Positions 30,532-40,426 of a stretch of DNA of 64,000 nucleotides are shown here, piece by piece (position 1 is the first letter of the stretch; every line of letters begins with the position of its first letter). Position numbers and translations under genes: made by a program. The stretch spans positions 133,804-197,803 of the forward strand of contig CAWDLX010000013.1 in NCBI GenBank assembly GCA_963803345.1, given 5' to 3'. Source of the DNA: an uncultured Actinomycetota bacterium (lineage in GTDB: Bacteria > Actinomycetota > Actinomycetes > Mycobacteriales > Micromonosporaceae). Under the pieces are notes generated by a model. That model was not told the DNA's origin and did no database searches. It saw only the letters and a list, made by a program, of their open reading frames with translations.

Positions 30532-31716
30532 ATGACGATCTACGCCGACCCGGCGACGCGACCGCGTCGGCCGGGGGGCGACCCGCCGCGGCGTCCTCGA
30601 GCGAGCCGGTCCCGCCCCGCGCGGAAGAAGCCCAAGGATCCTATCTGGGCCAAGCTCTGCGTGATCATGGGCGCCCTCGTCATGGTCGTCGCTGGTGCGG
30701 CGGTGGTCCTGCCCCGGGTGCTGGCCAACTGGGCGGTGTCGAACATCCCGCGGGCGAACCTGGTACCACAGGGCCTGCAGGGCAAGGACATCAGCGGACC
30801 GATCAACTTCCTGTTGCTCGGGATGGACCAACGGCTCGGCAGCAATGACCTCATCCGGGCGGACACCATCATCATCGTGCACATCCCGGCAGATCATCAG
30901 ACCGCGTACCTGGTGTCGCTGCCCCGTGACGCCGAGGTGCAGATCCCGGCCTATCCCGATACGGGGTTCCGCGGCGAGCTCACCAAGATCAACGCTGCCT
31001 TCGCGTTCGGCTGCCAGAAGAACGGTCAGGGCGACTACACCACGCCGGCCGGGAGCGCGGTGCCGCGCTGACCATGAGACCATCAACGCGCTCGTCCCGG
31101 GCGGACTCACCTTCAACGGCGCCGCGATCATCAACTTCGACGGGTTCCGCGACGTCCTCAAGGCGATGGGCGGCGTCGATCTGTGCGTCGATGTGGAGAC
31201 CCGGTCGATCCACTACGACAACAAGGGCGTGTACCACACGAACGAGGTGCCATTCGCCCAACAGAAGGTCTACAAGGTCGGCTGCCAGCACTTCGACTAC
31301 ATCTCGGCCCTGGACTACTCCCGCCAGCGTCACTTCGACACCGGTGACTACGTACGCCAGCGTCACCAGCAGCAGTTGCTCATGGCGATCATGAAGAAGC
31401 TCGCCTCCGCCGGTACCCTGACCGACCCGAGCAAGCTGGCCGCGCTGCAGAAGTCAGCCGGCAACCTGTTGACCCTCGACCTGGGCAACACCTCCACCCT
31501 GGACTGGATCGTTCACCCTCAAGGGCATCGACACCAAACACATCGTGATGATCAAGACGAACGCCGGCAAGATAACGCCCGGCACGATCAAGGGCAACGA
31601 GGCGTTCTCGCCGGAGAGCATGAAGATGCTCAAGGCGATCCACGACGACAACATCTCGACTTCCTCGGCGGTCACCCGACTGGATCACCGCCGACACCAC
31701 CCCGAAGCAGGCGTGA
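30532..31716 (+). pseudogene. LCP family glycopolymer ligase, paralog 2; frameshifted
   Basis: ORF 30532-31071: TM LCVIMGALVMVVAGAAVVL, NFLLLGMDQR, RADTIIIVHI, YLVSLPRD. ORF 30695-31885 middle: INFDGFRDVLKAMGGVDLCVDV...LDYSRQRHFDTGDYVRQRHQQQLLMAIMKK. ORF 31545-31769: MIKTNAGKITPG... Ends ...WITADTTPKQA* at TGA 31714-31716. Confidence 0.8.
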
Positions 31717-31779
31717 GGCGAGCGCTCCGGCTTTGCACAAAGCCCCGGCGGCCGTTGCCCGGCGCCTAGAGTCGGCCCC

Positions 31780-32833
31780 ATGCCTGCATCGCCGGTGTCC
31801 ACCGACGAGTCGGCACCCGGCGCGGCGGCCCGGCGCGGGCGGCGGCGGTTACCCCGGATCCTGGTCGGCATTGGCATCGCCCTGACGCTGCTGATCGGGC
31901 TGGTCGCTGTCGGCGGGTTCCTGCTGGTGCGGCGATACGAGAGCGCCTTCAACCGGGATACCCTGCTCGCCCCGGGTGCCCGGGCGGCCGGCCAGGGATC
32001 GCTGTCCGGGCCGCTGAACTTGCTGCTGATCGGCTCGGACTACCGGACCTGGAGTCCCACGGCCGGTCAACGGTCGGACACGATCATCATCGCCCACATA
32101 CGCGAAGGCCTGGACCACATCTACCTGCATCTCGATTCCGCGTGATCTGCTCGTACACATCCCGGCTGATCCGGCAGGCGGTTCGGCGGGGCGGTTGCGA
32201 AGATCAACACGGCGTTCGAAGCTGGTCACGGCGGCTCAGCCGGGATGCAGCTGCTCTCACGCACGCTCAACGATCTGTCCGGGATCCGGTTCGACGGGGC
32301 GGCAGCGGTCCGCTTCGACGGTCTCAAGCAGGCGGTCGACCTGCTCAACGGGGTGAACTTGTGCGTGGACGTGCCCACCACCTCCATCCACACCAGGAAG
32401 TTCTTCCCGGTCGGATGCCGCCTGATGAACTCGACCGATGTCCTCGACTACCTTCGCCAGCGGGAGCAGTACGCGGACGGCGACTTCACCCGGCAGCGCC
32501 ATCAGCAGCAGTTTCTCAAGGCCATCCTGCAACGCGCGGCGTCCACCGGCATGCTGACCAATCCGGTGAAGCTCGACCAGTTCATCCGGTCGGTGGGCTC
32601 GGCGATGACGGTCGACACCGGCAGCCATTCAGCTCGCCGACGTGACCCTGGGGCTGCGCGGGATCGGCGCCGGTGAGCTCACCGGTGTCAAGATCCCTTC
32701 GTCCACCGAGACCCTCAACGGACAGTCGGTGGTCGTCGCCACCTGGGAGGCGAGTCCTCTGTTCGCGGCCCTGCGCGACGACACGCTCGACACGTGGATC
32801 CGCCAGCATCCGCGGTGGACGAACAACATCTGA
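31780..32833 (+). pseudogene. LCP family glycopolymer ligase, paralog 3; frameshifted
   Basis: ORF 31780-32145: TM ILVGIGIALTLLIGLVAVGGFLL, LNLLLIGSDYR, RSDTIIIAHI. ORF 32245-32676: RFDGLKQAVDLLNGVNLCVDV...LDYLRQREQYADGDFTRQRHQQQFLKAILQR. ORF 32642-32833 is the C-terminus ...TWIRQHPRWTNNI*. Confidence 0.8.
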
Positions 32834-32856
32834 GCCGCGCCTGCTATACAGGCCTT

Positions 32857-33198
32857 GTGTCCGACCGCCGAAGTCTGCCCGAGGTCAGTCCCGCCGAGGT
32901 GACTGACGACGCGCTCCTGATCGACGTTCGGGATGGCGACGAATGGGCGGCCGGGCACGCGCCGCAGGCCCGCCACGTGCCCATGATGGAGATCCCCGGC
33001 CGGGTCGACGAGTTGCCCCGTGACCGCGACATCGTGTTCGTGTGTCGGGTCGGCTCCCGATCGGCTCAGGTCGTCGCGTATCCTGATGGCCCAGGGGTTT
33101 CGACCGGGTGGCCAACCTCGGCGGCGGCATGTTCGCCTGGGAGGCGGCCGGCCGGGCCGATGGTCAGCGATGCCGGGCAGCCCGCCTTCGTGTTGTGA
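32857..33198 (+). CDS. rhodanese-like domain protein (ORF open, internal out-of-frame patch)
   Basis: GTG 32857 in ORF 32794-33198: LLIDVRDGDEWAAGHAPQARHVPM...IVFVCRVGSRSAQVVAY. The expected LMAQGF / RVANLGGGMFAWEAAGR segment is only readable in the two other frames (ORFs 33020-33319 and 33108-33881). The frame then returns for PMVSDAGQPAFVL*. Confidence 0.65.
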   Translation: MSDRRSLPEVSPAEVTDDALLIDVRDGDEWAAGHAPQARHVPMMEIPGRVDELPRDRDIVFVCRVGSRSAQVVAYPDGPGVSTGWPTSAAACSPGRRPAGPMVSDAGQPAFVL

Positions 33199-33978
33199 GC
33201 GGCCACTGGTTTTCGCCCACCGGGGCGCATCGGCCGAGCTGCCCGGAGCACACTCTCGAGCGCCTACCTGCGGGCCATCGAGCAGGGCGCGGACGGGCTC
33301 GAGTGCGACGTCCGGCTGACCCGCGACGGGCACCTGGTCTGCATCCACGACGGCCGGCTCGACCGGACCAGCAACGGCCGGGGCCGGGTCAGCGGGGCCA
33401 CCCTGGACGAGCTGGAGCGGCTCGACTTCGGCGTCGTGGCACCGGGCCGGCCCAGCCGCGCCCGAGACCACCCCGACCGGGGTGCTCACCCTCGACCGGC
33501 TGCTCACCGACCGTGCGGGCCGCCGGCCGGCCGCTGCGTCTGCTGATCGAGACCAAGCACCCGACCCGGTACGGCAGCGAGGTGGAGGACCGGTTGGTCG
33601 CGCTGCTCGCGCGGCACGGCCTGACCGTCGCCGATCCGGCCGACCCGGTCCGGGTCACCGTGATGTCGTTCTCGCCGCTGGCGCGTCCGTCGGGTGCGTA
33701 CGCTGGCTCCGCGGTTGCCGATGGTGTTCCTGTTCGAGGTGGCCACGCCGGGAGTCCGGGACGGTCGGCCCCCGTTCGGGGCGCAGATTCTCGGCCCCGG
33801 CTCTGCCCGTGCTCAAGGCCCGGCCGGAGCTGGTCGAGCGGGCCCACGAGCGAGGGCACGCGGTGTTCGTGTGGACCGTGAACGACCCGGACGAGGTCGA
33901 CCTGGTCGCTCGGACTCGGGGTGGACGGGATCATCTCGGACCGGCCCGGCGGACACCCTGTCCCGGCTGGGCCCTTGA
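33195..33978 (+). pseudogene. glycerophosphodiester phosphodiesterase, frameshifted
   Basis: RPLVFAHRGASAELPEHTL...GADGLECDVRLTRDGHLVCIHDGRLDRTSNGRG, ...LRLLIETKHPTRYGSEVEDRLVALLARHGL, ...HAVFVWTVNDPDEVDLVARLGVDGIISDRP are spread over three frames (ORFs 33020-33319, 33108-33881, 33482-34015, 33694-33978). GTG 33195 overlaps the rhodanese stop. A 1-nt slip comes right after the start. Confidence 0.75.
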
Positions 33979-34081
33979 TCGCACCGCCGCTCTGGCCTTC
34001 ACCGGCCCGGGGTAGGCAGACTCGGCGCATGCCCATCGACTACCGGTCGCCTGGTGAGCGGCACTCAGTTCGCTCGCGAGC

Positions 34082-35270
34082 ATGGCGTCCGAGTCGGCGG
34101 GACTGCCGGCCCTGCAGTCGCTGATCACCACGGCGCAGGAGGCCACCGGGGCCAGGGCCGCGACCTTCATCGAGTTCCGCCACAACAGTGGGCCGCATCG
34201 TGCTGGCCACCGGCGCGATGATCACCTCACTGGGCCAGCCGATCGCGCCGGACCTCGCCGACTGGCGCCACCGTCCACCGGACACAGCTCTGCGTCGCGT
34301 TGACTCGATCCCGCCCGAGCTGGCCGAGCGGCCGCTGCGCCAAGGGCTGGTCAGCGCTCATCGCGGCCGTCATCCGCCGTGGCAACGAGCCGATCGGGGT
34401 CGTTCCACCTCTACTTCGACACCTATGAGGTGGACGACCTCGAGGCCGTCATGTCCATTGTGGACCTGACCGCGAAGACGGCCCGCAGCATCTTCCACCC
34501 GCCGCAGACCGCCTCACTCGCGAGCGTGGCCGATGCCGAGGACCGGGCGCTCTTCCTCGCCGTGGCCGGGCATGAGCTGCGCACTCCGGTCACCGTCATC
34601 AAGGGGTACGCCGGCATGCTGGCCGACCGGTGGGACGTGCTCGACGAAGGGAACCGGCGGGAGGCGTCCCGGGTGCTGACGATCCGGGCTGACGAACTGG
34701 CCCGGCTGGTCGACCGGATGCTGCGCGCGTCGACCGGTGAGAGCGAGGCCGGGTGGTTGGTCCGCACGGTGCCGTTCGATCCGGTGGAGGCGTTGGCCCG
34801 GACTGCGCATGATCTTCCCATGGACCTACGGCGGTGCGCTGCGGCTGCAGGTGCCGGAGGGCCTGCCGATGGCCATCGGTGACCCGAGCCTGCTCACCTC
34901 GGTCGTGGCTGAGCTCGTCACGAACGCGGTGCGGGCCACGCCCCCGCAGACCGGGCGGGACGGGCCACCCAGTGTCGACCTCAAGGCCGGCGCCGACAGC
35001 GAGACCGTGTACATCCAGGTGCACGACCGCGGGGTGGGTATCGATCCCAGCCAGGCGGAAATCGCCTTCGAGAGGTTCTGGCGGGCGCCGCACCAAGCCG
35101 CGGACGCGCGTCCGGGGGTCGGACTCGGCCTGTATCTCGTCAGACGGCTCGTGGAGCGACAAATGGGATGGGTATCATTACGTCCTCGAGACGGTGGCGG
35201 CACCGTCGCCGAGGTCCGACTGCTGCGGGCGGACGGGCCGGATCGTCGAGCACTGCTCGGGGAGGCATGA
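34082..35270 (+). pseudogene. GAF-domain sensor histidine kinase, frameshifted
   Basis: MASESAGLPALQSLITTAQEATGARAATFIEF (ORF 34082-34303). ...GSFHLYFDTYEVDDLEAVMSIVDLTAKTA...FLAVAGHELRTPVTVIKGYAGML is the H-box (ORF 34379-34882). ...VAELVTNAVRAT...VHDRGVGID...GVGLGLYLVRRLVE...GGTVAEVRL (ORF 34737-35270). An alternative start is ATG 34029. Confidence 0.7.
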
Positions 35271-35273
35271 CGC

Positions 35274-35771
35274 GTGTCGATGGCGGTGAGCGACCGCACG
35301 GGGCCGGGGGCGGCTGACGACCCGTCCTCGCTCATCGTCGTGGCCCACCATCCGCACGGCGCCCGGATGGGCCGGCAGCGTCTCGCCGCCGAGCTGGCCG
35401 ACATCCGCGATGTCATCGCGCCCGGTCTGGCCGCGGACGTGGTGGCCGTGAGTGCCGAGCTGCTCGGCAACGCGGTGCGCCACGCCGCGGCCCTGCCCGG
35501 CGGCGTGATCCACCTCGCCTGGCGGGTCGACCGGGCCGGCGGTCAGGCCTTCGTGCACGTGCGTGTCACCGACGGTGGTTCCAGCCTGACGCCGACCCGT
35601 CGGGCCGCCGACCCGGACGCGGTCGACGGACGCGGACTGGCCATCGTGGCCGCCCTGGCCCGGCGCTGGGGAGTCGACCGCGGACGGCCCGGGCAGCTGC
35701 GTCTGGGCCGACGTGGCGGGCGCGCGACTGACGCGACGGTGGAGCGCGGCTCCCGTCCGCGGCGTTGCTGA
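35274..35771 (+). CDS. ATP-binding protein (RsbW-like HATPase_c_2 anti-sigma/serine kinase fold)
   Basis: 165-aa ORF: ARMGRQRLAAELADI...AVSAELLGNAVRHAAALPGGVIHLAWRV...VHVRVTDGGS...DGRGLAIVAALARRWGVD. The last ~30 aa look off-frame, so a 3' frameshift is possible. Confidence 0.65.
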   Translation: MSMAVSDRTGPGAADDPSSLIVVAHHPHGARMGRQRLAAELADIRDVIAPGLAADVVAVSAELLGNAVRHAAALPGGVIHLAWRVDRAGGQAFVHVRVTDGGSSLTPTRRAADPDAVDGRGLAIVAALARRWGVDRGRPGQLRLGRRGGRATDATVERGSRPRRC

Positions 35772-35809
35772 CGGCCACCGGTACCGGGCAGGGCTTAGGC
35801 TCTCCGTTC

Positions 35810-36685
35810 GTGAGCAAACGGCGTGCACCGGCCCGGGGCAAGACACCGCGAGAAGAAGGTCCGGGACATCTACGTCTCCCGACCGTTCCAGGGCCTGTCC
35901 GGCGAGGGCGACTGGGTGGCGATGCGCGAGCTGGTGCCGGCCGCGACCGCCACCGTGCGCCTGGCCGGGGAGTACGCCGCCAGATACCCCGACCGGGAGA
36001 TCACCGTGGCGACGGTGCTGCCGCTGGCCTGGCCGGCGCTGGCCAAGCCGGACGGCCGGATCTTCTTCGGGCCTGCAGCGCAACACCCAGAGCGGCGACG
36101 TGAGCCGGGATATCGCGCTGGCTCTACTGCTGGCGCTCGACTCCGAGCCGGGGCGTCGGTCAGCGTTCCGGCGCTGCCGGGCATCGGGCCACGCCTGCAG
36201 GACGTGCTGGCGCCCGACCCGCTGGAGGTGACCGTGCAGGACGGGTTCGACTTCTGGCTGGACGAGGAGTCGACCGATCCCGAGGTGATCGCGTCGCTCG
36301 AGCGGGCCAACGCCTCGGTGTTCCCGACCGTCCGCCTGTCCGCTGTTGAGTCCGCCTACTGGTGCCGGTTCCCGGAGAAGGCGCACGTGCGGTGGGTCCT
36401 CACCGACGACGAGGATGCCGCCCTCGACGCGCTGGCCCGGGTGTCGGCCGCCGGCGGCCTACCGCTCGGCGAGGGCACCGAGTTCGCCGGCATGTTCCGG
36501 GCCCATGGCCTGCTCGTGCCGGTATGGGACCTGCCGACCGGGCCTGACGCCAGCACGTGGGACGCGCCGATCGCCGCGTTCGCCGAGCGCTACCGGGCCG
36601 CACTGGCTGACGCCCGCCTCCCTCGACGGCGATCAGCGGCGAGCGCGGCAGGGGTCTGCTGGGCCGCCAGCTCGCTCTGCGCTGA
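35810..36685 (+). pseudogene. DUF5926 family protein, frameshifted
   Basis: GTG 35810 (VSKRRAPARGKTPREEG, ORF 35765-36103). ORF 35823-36698: VSRPFQGLSGEGDWVAMRELVPAATATVRLAG...ITVATVLPLAWPALAKPDGRIFFG...GPRLQDVLAP...GFDFWLDEE...ASLERANASVFPTVRL...HVRWVL...ALARVSAAGGLPLGEG...GMFRAHGLLVPVWDL. The central SGDVSRDIALALLLALDSEPG is in another frame (ORF 35713-36231). The C-terminus ...DQRRARQGLLGRQLALR* ends at TGA 36683-36685. Confidence 0.65.
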
Positions 36686-36814
36686 CTGGCGTGGATGACC
36701 CAAGCCATATGCCATTCACGTGATCGTGCGTTCATTCAGTCCCGTCTGCCGCGTAGGCACCACTTACCGTATGTGGACCACAACTAAGCGGATATCCCGT
36801 CGTGGAGGTGTGCT

Positions 36815-37469
36815 GTGAACTCACGTGATCGTGACCCCTCAGCCCAGCCGACCTCCCACACCCGCCCGACCCCGACCCACCCGCCGGGCGGCCGCGTGTC
36901 CGGGACGGCGCACCCGGTGCTCGCGGCGACCGCGCCGACGGGTTCGTGGTTCACCCGGCAGCTGGCCGCACGGGCCAGGCGCCGGGTGCTCAGTGGACGC
37001 AAGCGGGTGGTCGCACCGGGTCGAGATGCTCGGCCCGGAGTGGCGGATCGTCGACTACCACCCGGAGGACCCGGACTTCCTCGCCATCGGACCGGGCGGC
37101 ATCTTCCAGGTGACGGTCTGCGACCACGGACGCTCACGGGTCCAGCTGGCCGGAGATGTCGTCCAGGTGGACGGCCAAAGACCCCCCTACGTGGCGCTGG
37201 CCCGTCGCGACGCGACCCGCATCTCCCAGCAGATGACCGGGATGGCCGGCCGCCGGATCCCCGTGATACCCGTGGTGGCGTTCCTCGGAACGGGTCAGAT
37301 TGTCTACTATGGACGGCCGCCGGACGGCTGCGTGGTGACCTCGTACCGGGACATCGGGCAGGCCCTGCGCGCCCACGGCAGCCGGGTCGGCAAGCCGACC
37401 ATCGATCGCCTGGTCGAGCTGGCCGAGCGGGTTGACAGTGCCACGGTCGGGCAGTATCTCGGGTCGTGA
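36815..37469 (+). pseudogene. NERD domain protein, one frameshift
   Basis: GGAGG then GTG 36815 (ORF 36815-37435: ...WFTRQLAARARRRVLSGRKRVV). The slip near 37010 leads into ORF 36825-37469: VEMLGPEWRIVDYHPEDPDFLAIGPGGIFQVTVCDHGRSRVQLAGDVVQVDGQ...IPVIPVVAFLGTG. Confidence 0.65.
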
Positions 37470-37586
37470 CCGGTTGGATCGGCAGAAGGGCCGTCGTGCC
37501 GGCTGACAGACGTTGACCCGTCCGTTAGCGTCAGAGGCAGCTGCATCGGCGCGTGCATCGGCCGATGACGACGGAGAGGAGCGTTT

Positions 37587-38039
37587 GTGCCCCACGTCGA
37601 ACTGTCGCTCTCCGAAGTCGCGGACCTGGGCGCTACCCGCCCGGGTGGCTTCGAAGGTTCTCTGCACCGGTGGGGGTTCGCGGTGGCATCGGCCAGCGAA
37701 CCGTGCCTGGTGATCGACGCCTCGGGTGTGGTGGTGGCCGCATCGCCGGGCTGCCACGCTCTGTTCGGCATGGACCCGGCCGACGCGGTCGGTCGGCGCC
37801 TGGTTGACGGGGTGCTCCGGTTGCTCGACTTCAACGCCGTCTCCGGCGAACTCCCCGGCTGGGAGGCGGACAAGATCCCACCACTACTGGCCGTCGCGTC
37901 GGGCGGCCTGGCCCGGGGGCTGCTCCGCGTGGCCGACATCCACGGGGTGCCGCGTACCGTCGACGCGGTGTCCGCGCCATTGCGGGACGCAACGACGGTG
38001 GTGGGGTCGATCACCTACTTTGCCCCCGTCACCAGGTGA
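37587..38039 (+). CDS. PAS-like domain protein (hypothetical)
   Basis: Intact 150-aa ORF (GTG start): ASEPCLVIDASGVVVAASPGCHALFGMDPADAVGRRLVDGVL...VSAPLRDATTVVGSITYF resembles a single PAS fold. Weak call. Confidence 0.55.
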   Translation: MPHVELSLSEVADLGATRPGGFEGSLHRWGFAVASASEPCLVIDASGVVVAASPGCHALFGMDPADAVGRRLVDGVLRLLDFNAVSGELPGWEADKIPPLLAVASGGLARGLLRVADIHGVPRTVDAVSAPLRDATTVVGSITYFAPVTR

Positions 38040-38111
38040 TCTATGTCGCGCTTGCGTCTCAATAGGCGGGCTGAGGCTCGGACGCGTCCGCCGGTGACCT
38101 AGCCTCGTCTC

Positions 38112-38495
38112 GTGTTGGATCTCGTCCTGTTGCCGGACGAATATGCGGTGTGCCGGCTCGAGCCCGGCGCCGACCTGCCGCCGGACCTGGGCAAGGCGGG
38201 CGGCGTCGTGTCGGTCACCTGGACGCCAACGGAGATCTCGATCATCTGTACGGCCGACCATGCCCCGACCGAGGGCGTCGTCAACACGCCCTGGCGCTGC
38301 CTGCGGGTCAACGGACCGGTGAATCTCGCCCTGACCGGGATCCTCGCGGCGCTGGCCAATCCACTGGCCCAGGCGCGGGTGAATATCTTCGCCTTCTCGA
38401 CCCATGACACCGACTACGTGCTGGTGCCCAACGTGCGGTTGGGCGAGGCCCTGGCGGCCCTCAGCGCGGCCGGTCATCGCATCGCCACCACCTGA
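38112..38495 (+). CDS. ACT domain-containing protein
   Basis: Intact 127-aa ORF: LVLLPDEYAVCRLEPGADLP...ISIICTADHAP...WRCLRVNGPVNLALTGILAALANPLAQARVNIFAFSTHDTDYVLVP. This is the ACT_7-type small protein family. Confidence 0.75.
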   Translation: MLDLVLLPDEYAVCRLEPGADLPPDLGKAGGVVSVTWTPTEISIICTADHAPTEGVVNTPWRCLRVNGPVNLALTGILAALANPLAQARVNIFAFSTHDTDYVLVPNVRLGEALAALSAAGHRIATT

Positions 38496-38514
38496 ACGGT
38501 CGTAGGCTGGCGGC

Positions 38515-39474
38515 ATGCCTGGCGTCCCGCCTACCCGTTTTGTCTACCTTGGTCCGGAAGGCACGTTTGCCGAGCAGGCGGTGCGCTCCCTGCGGGCGGC
38601 TGCCACGGCGCCGGCGACGCCGATGCCGAGCGTGCCCGAGGCACTTGACGCCGTGCGCTCCGGTGAGGCCGACGCCGCGGTGGTACCGCTGGAAAACTCC
38701 ATCGGCGGGCAGGTGGGGGTGACCCTCGACGAGCTCACCGCTGGAACACCGCTCGTGATCACCCGCGAGGTCGTGCTGCCGGTCAACTTCGTCCTGGCCG
38801 TTCCGGCCGGCGTAGCGCTGGAATCTGTCGGCTCGATCGCCGCCCACCCGCAGGCGTCCACCCAGTGCCGTGGCTGGCTGCGTCTGCACGCCCCGGACGC
38901 CACTGTCATCGACGTGCTCTCCAATGGAGCCGCCGCCGCGGCCGCCGCGGCCGGCCAGTACGACGCGGCGATCTGCGCTCCGGTCGGGGCCGACGGGCAC
39001 GGGCTGACCGTCATCGCCAAGGACATCGCCGACCGGCCCGACGCGATGACCCGGTTCGCGGTCGTCTCCCGCCCGGGTCCGGTACCGCCGCCCACGGGCG
39101 ATGACCTCACCTCGCTGGCCGTCTACATCGCCCATGACCGGGTCGGGGCGCTGCTGGCCGTGCTCACCGAGTTGGCCGTACGCGGGGTGAACCTGACCCG
39201 CATCGAGTCCCGCCCGACCGGCGAACGGCTCGGCCGTTACGCCTTCTTCCTCGACTGCGAGGGACACGTGGCCGAGGTGCGCGTGGGTGAGGCGCTGCAG
39301 GGCCTGCACCGGGTCTGCGCTGACGTGCGCTTCCTGGGCTCCTACCCCCGGGCGGTGGTGGAGCGCCGGCGGGGTGCGAGGCCGCAGGCCAGTGCCCCGC
39401 CCGGAACGTCGGACGAGGACTTCCGGCAGTCTGGGACGTGGCTGGCCCGCCTGCGGGCCGGCGAGATCGCCTGA
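38515..39474 (+). CDS. pheA: prephenate dehydratase
   Basis: Intact 319-aa ORF: FVYLGPEGTFAEQA, AVVPLENSIGGQVGVTLD, MTRFAVVSRPG. ACT domain: LAVYIAHDRVGALLAVLTELAVRGVNLTRIESRPTGERLGRYAFFLDCEGH. Confidence 0.95.
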   Translation: MPGVPPTRFVYLGPEGTFAEQAVRSLRAAATAPATPMPSVPEALDAVRSGEADAAVVPLENSIGGQVGVTLDELTAGTPLVITREVVLPVNFVLAVPAGVALESVGSIAAHPQASTQCRGWLRLHAPDATVIDVLSNGAAAAAAAAGQYDAAICAPVGADGHGLTVIAKDIADRPDAMTRFAVVSRPGPVPPPTGDDLTSLAVYIAHDRVGALLAVLTELAVRGVNLTRIESRPTGERLGRYAFFLDCEGHVAEVRVGEALQGLHRVCADVRFLGSYPRAVVERRRGARPQASAPPGTSDEDFRQSGTWLARLRAGEIA

Positions 39475-39490
39475 GCCGGTCGCCACACGG

Positions 39491-39844
39491 TCAGGACCAG
39501 CCCAGCTCGTGGAGCCGGGCGTCGCCGATGCCGAAATGGTGGGCGATCTCGTGCACGACCGTCGTCACGACTTCGTCGACGACGTCATCCTCGGACTCGC
39601 AGACGCGCAGAGTTGGGTTGCGGAAGATCGTTATCCGGTCGGGCAGGACGGCGCCGTAGTCCCAGCCACGATCAGTGAGCGCGTGGCCCTCGTACAGCCC
39701 GAGCAGGGTGGGGTCGTCGCCCTCCGGATCGTCTTCAACCAGGACGACCACGTTGTCCATCAGCGCAAGCAGCTCCTCCGGGACCTCGTCGAGCGCGTCC
39801 GATACGAGTTCGGAGAAGCGGTCCCGGCTCATCTCGACCGGCAT
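39491..39844 (-). CDS. metallopeptidase family protein (zincin-like, DUF1025-type)
   Basis: ATG at comp. 39842-39844 inside ORF 39491-39907: MPVEMSRDRFSELVSDALDEVPEELLALMDNVVVLVEDDP...GLYEG...ITIFRNPTLRVC...VVTTVVHEIAHHFGIGDARLHELGW. Confidence 0.8.
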   Translation of the reverse strand: MPVEMSRDRFSELVSDALDEVPEELLALMDNVVVLVEDDPEGDDPTLLGLYEGHALTDRGWDYGAVLPDRITIFRNPTLRVCESEDDVVDEVVTTVVHEIAHHFGIGDARLHELGWS

Positions 39845-39915
39845 CAGCCCATTGTGGGCCGTCCGGCAACACCGCGCGGGGGCGCCACCCGGTAGGCGGC
39901 GCCCCACGCGTGGGT

Positions 39916-40344
39916 TCAGACCAGTGCCGCAGTCAGGTTGATCTGTGTACCAGGTGCCAACAAGCGCGAAATCGGGCAGTTCTGCTTGGTCGCCTCGGCG
40001 ACCTTGGCGAAGGTGGACTCATCGATCCCCGGTGCGCTGACCCGGGTGTCGAGATCGATGCTGGTGATGGTCTGCTTGCCGTCGACCGACTCGAGGTGCA
40101 CGCTCGCGGTCGTGTCGACCGACGTGGGTGCGAAACCGGCGTCCTGGAGTCCCTTCGACAGCGCCATCGAGAAGCAGCCGGCGTGGGCCGCTCCGATGAG
40201 CTCTTCAGGGTTGGACCCCTCTCCCTCCTGGAAGCGCGACGCGAACGAGAACGGCGCCTCCAACCCACCCTTGCCCGTGCGCATGGTGCCCGAGCCCTCG
40301 GTGAGCGTGCCCTCCCAGCGGGCGGTTGCAATGCGGATAGCCAT
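39916..40344 (-). CDS. osmC: OsmC family peroxiredoxin
   Basis: ATG at comp. 40342-40344 inside ORF 39916-40476: MAIRIATARWEGTLTEGSGTM...NPEELIGAAHAGCFSMALS...TKQNCPISRLL. Both conserved Cys are present. Confidence 0.85.
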   Translation of the reverse strand: MAIRIATARWEGTLTEGSGTMRTGKGGLEAPFSFASRFQEGEGSNPEELIGAAHAGCFSMALSKGLQDAGFAPTSVDTTASVHLESVDGKQTITSIDLDTRVSAPGIDESTFAKVAEATKQNCPISRLLAPGTQINLTAALV

Positions 40345-40426
40345 GAACGTGACGCTAGTCGAACCGGCGGTCCGCCGCGACGGGACCCATCCTTGCGGGG
40401 CAGTCGGTGCTGCCACACTGGGCGCG

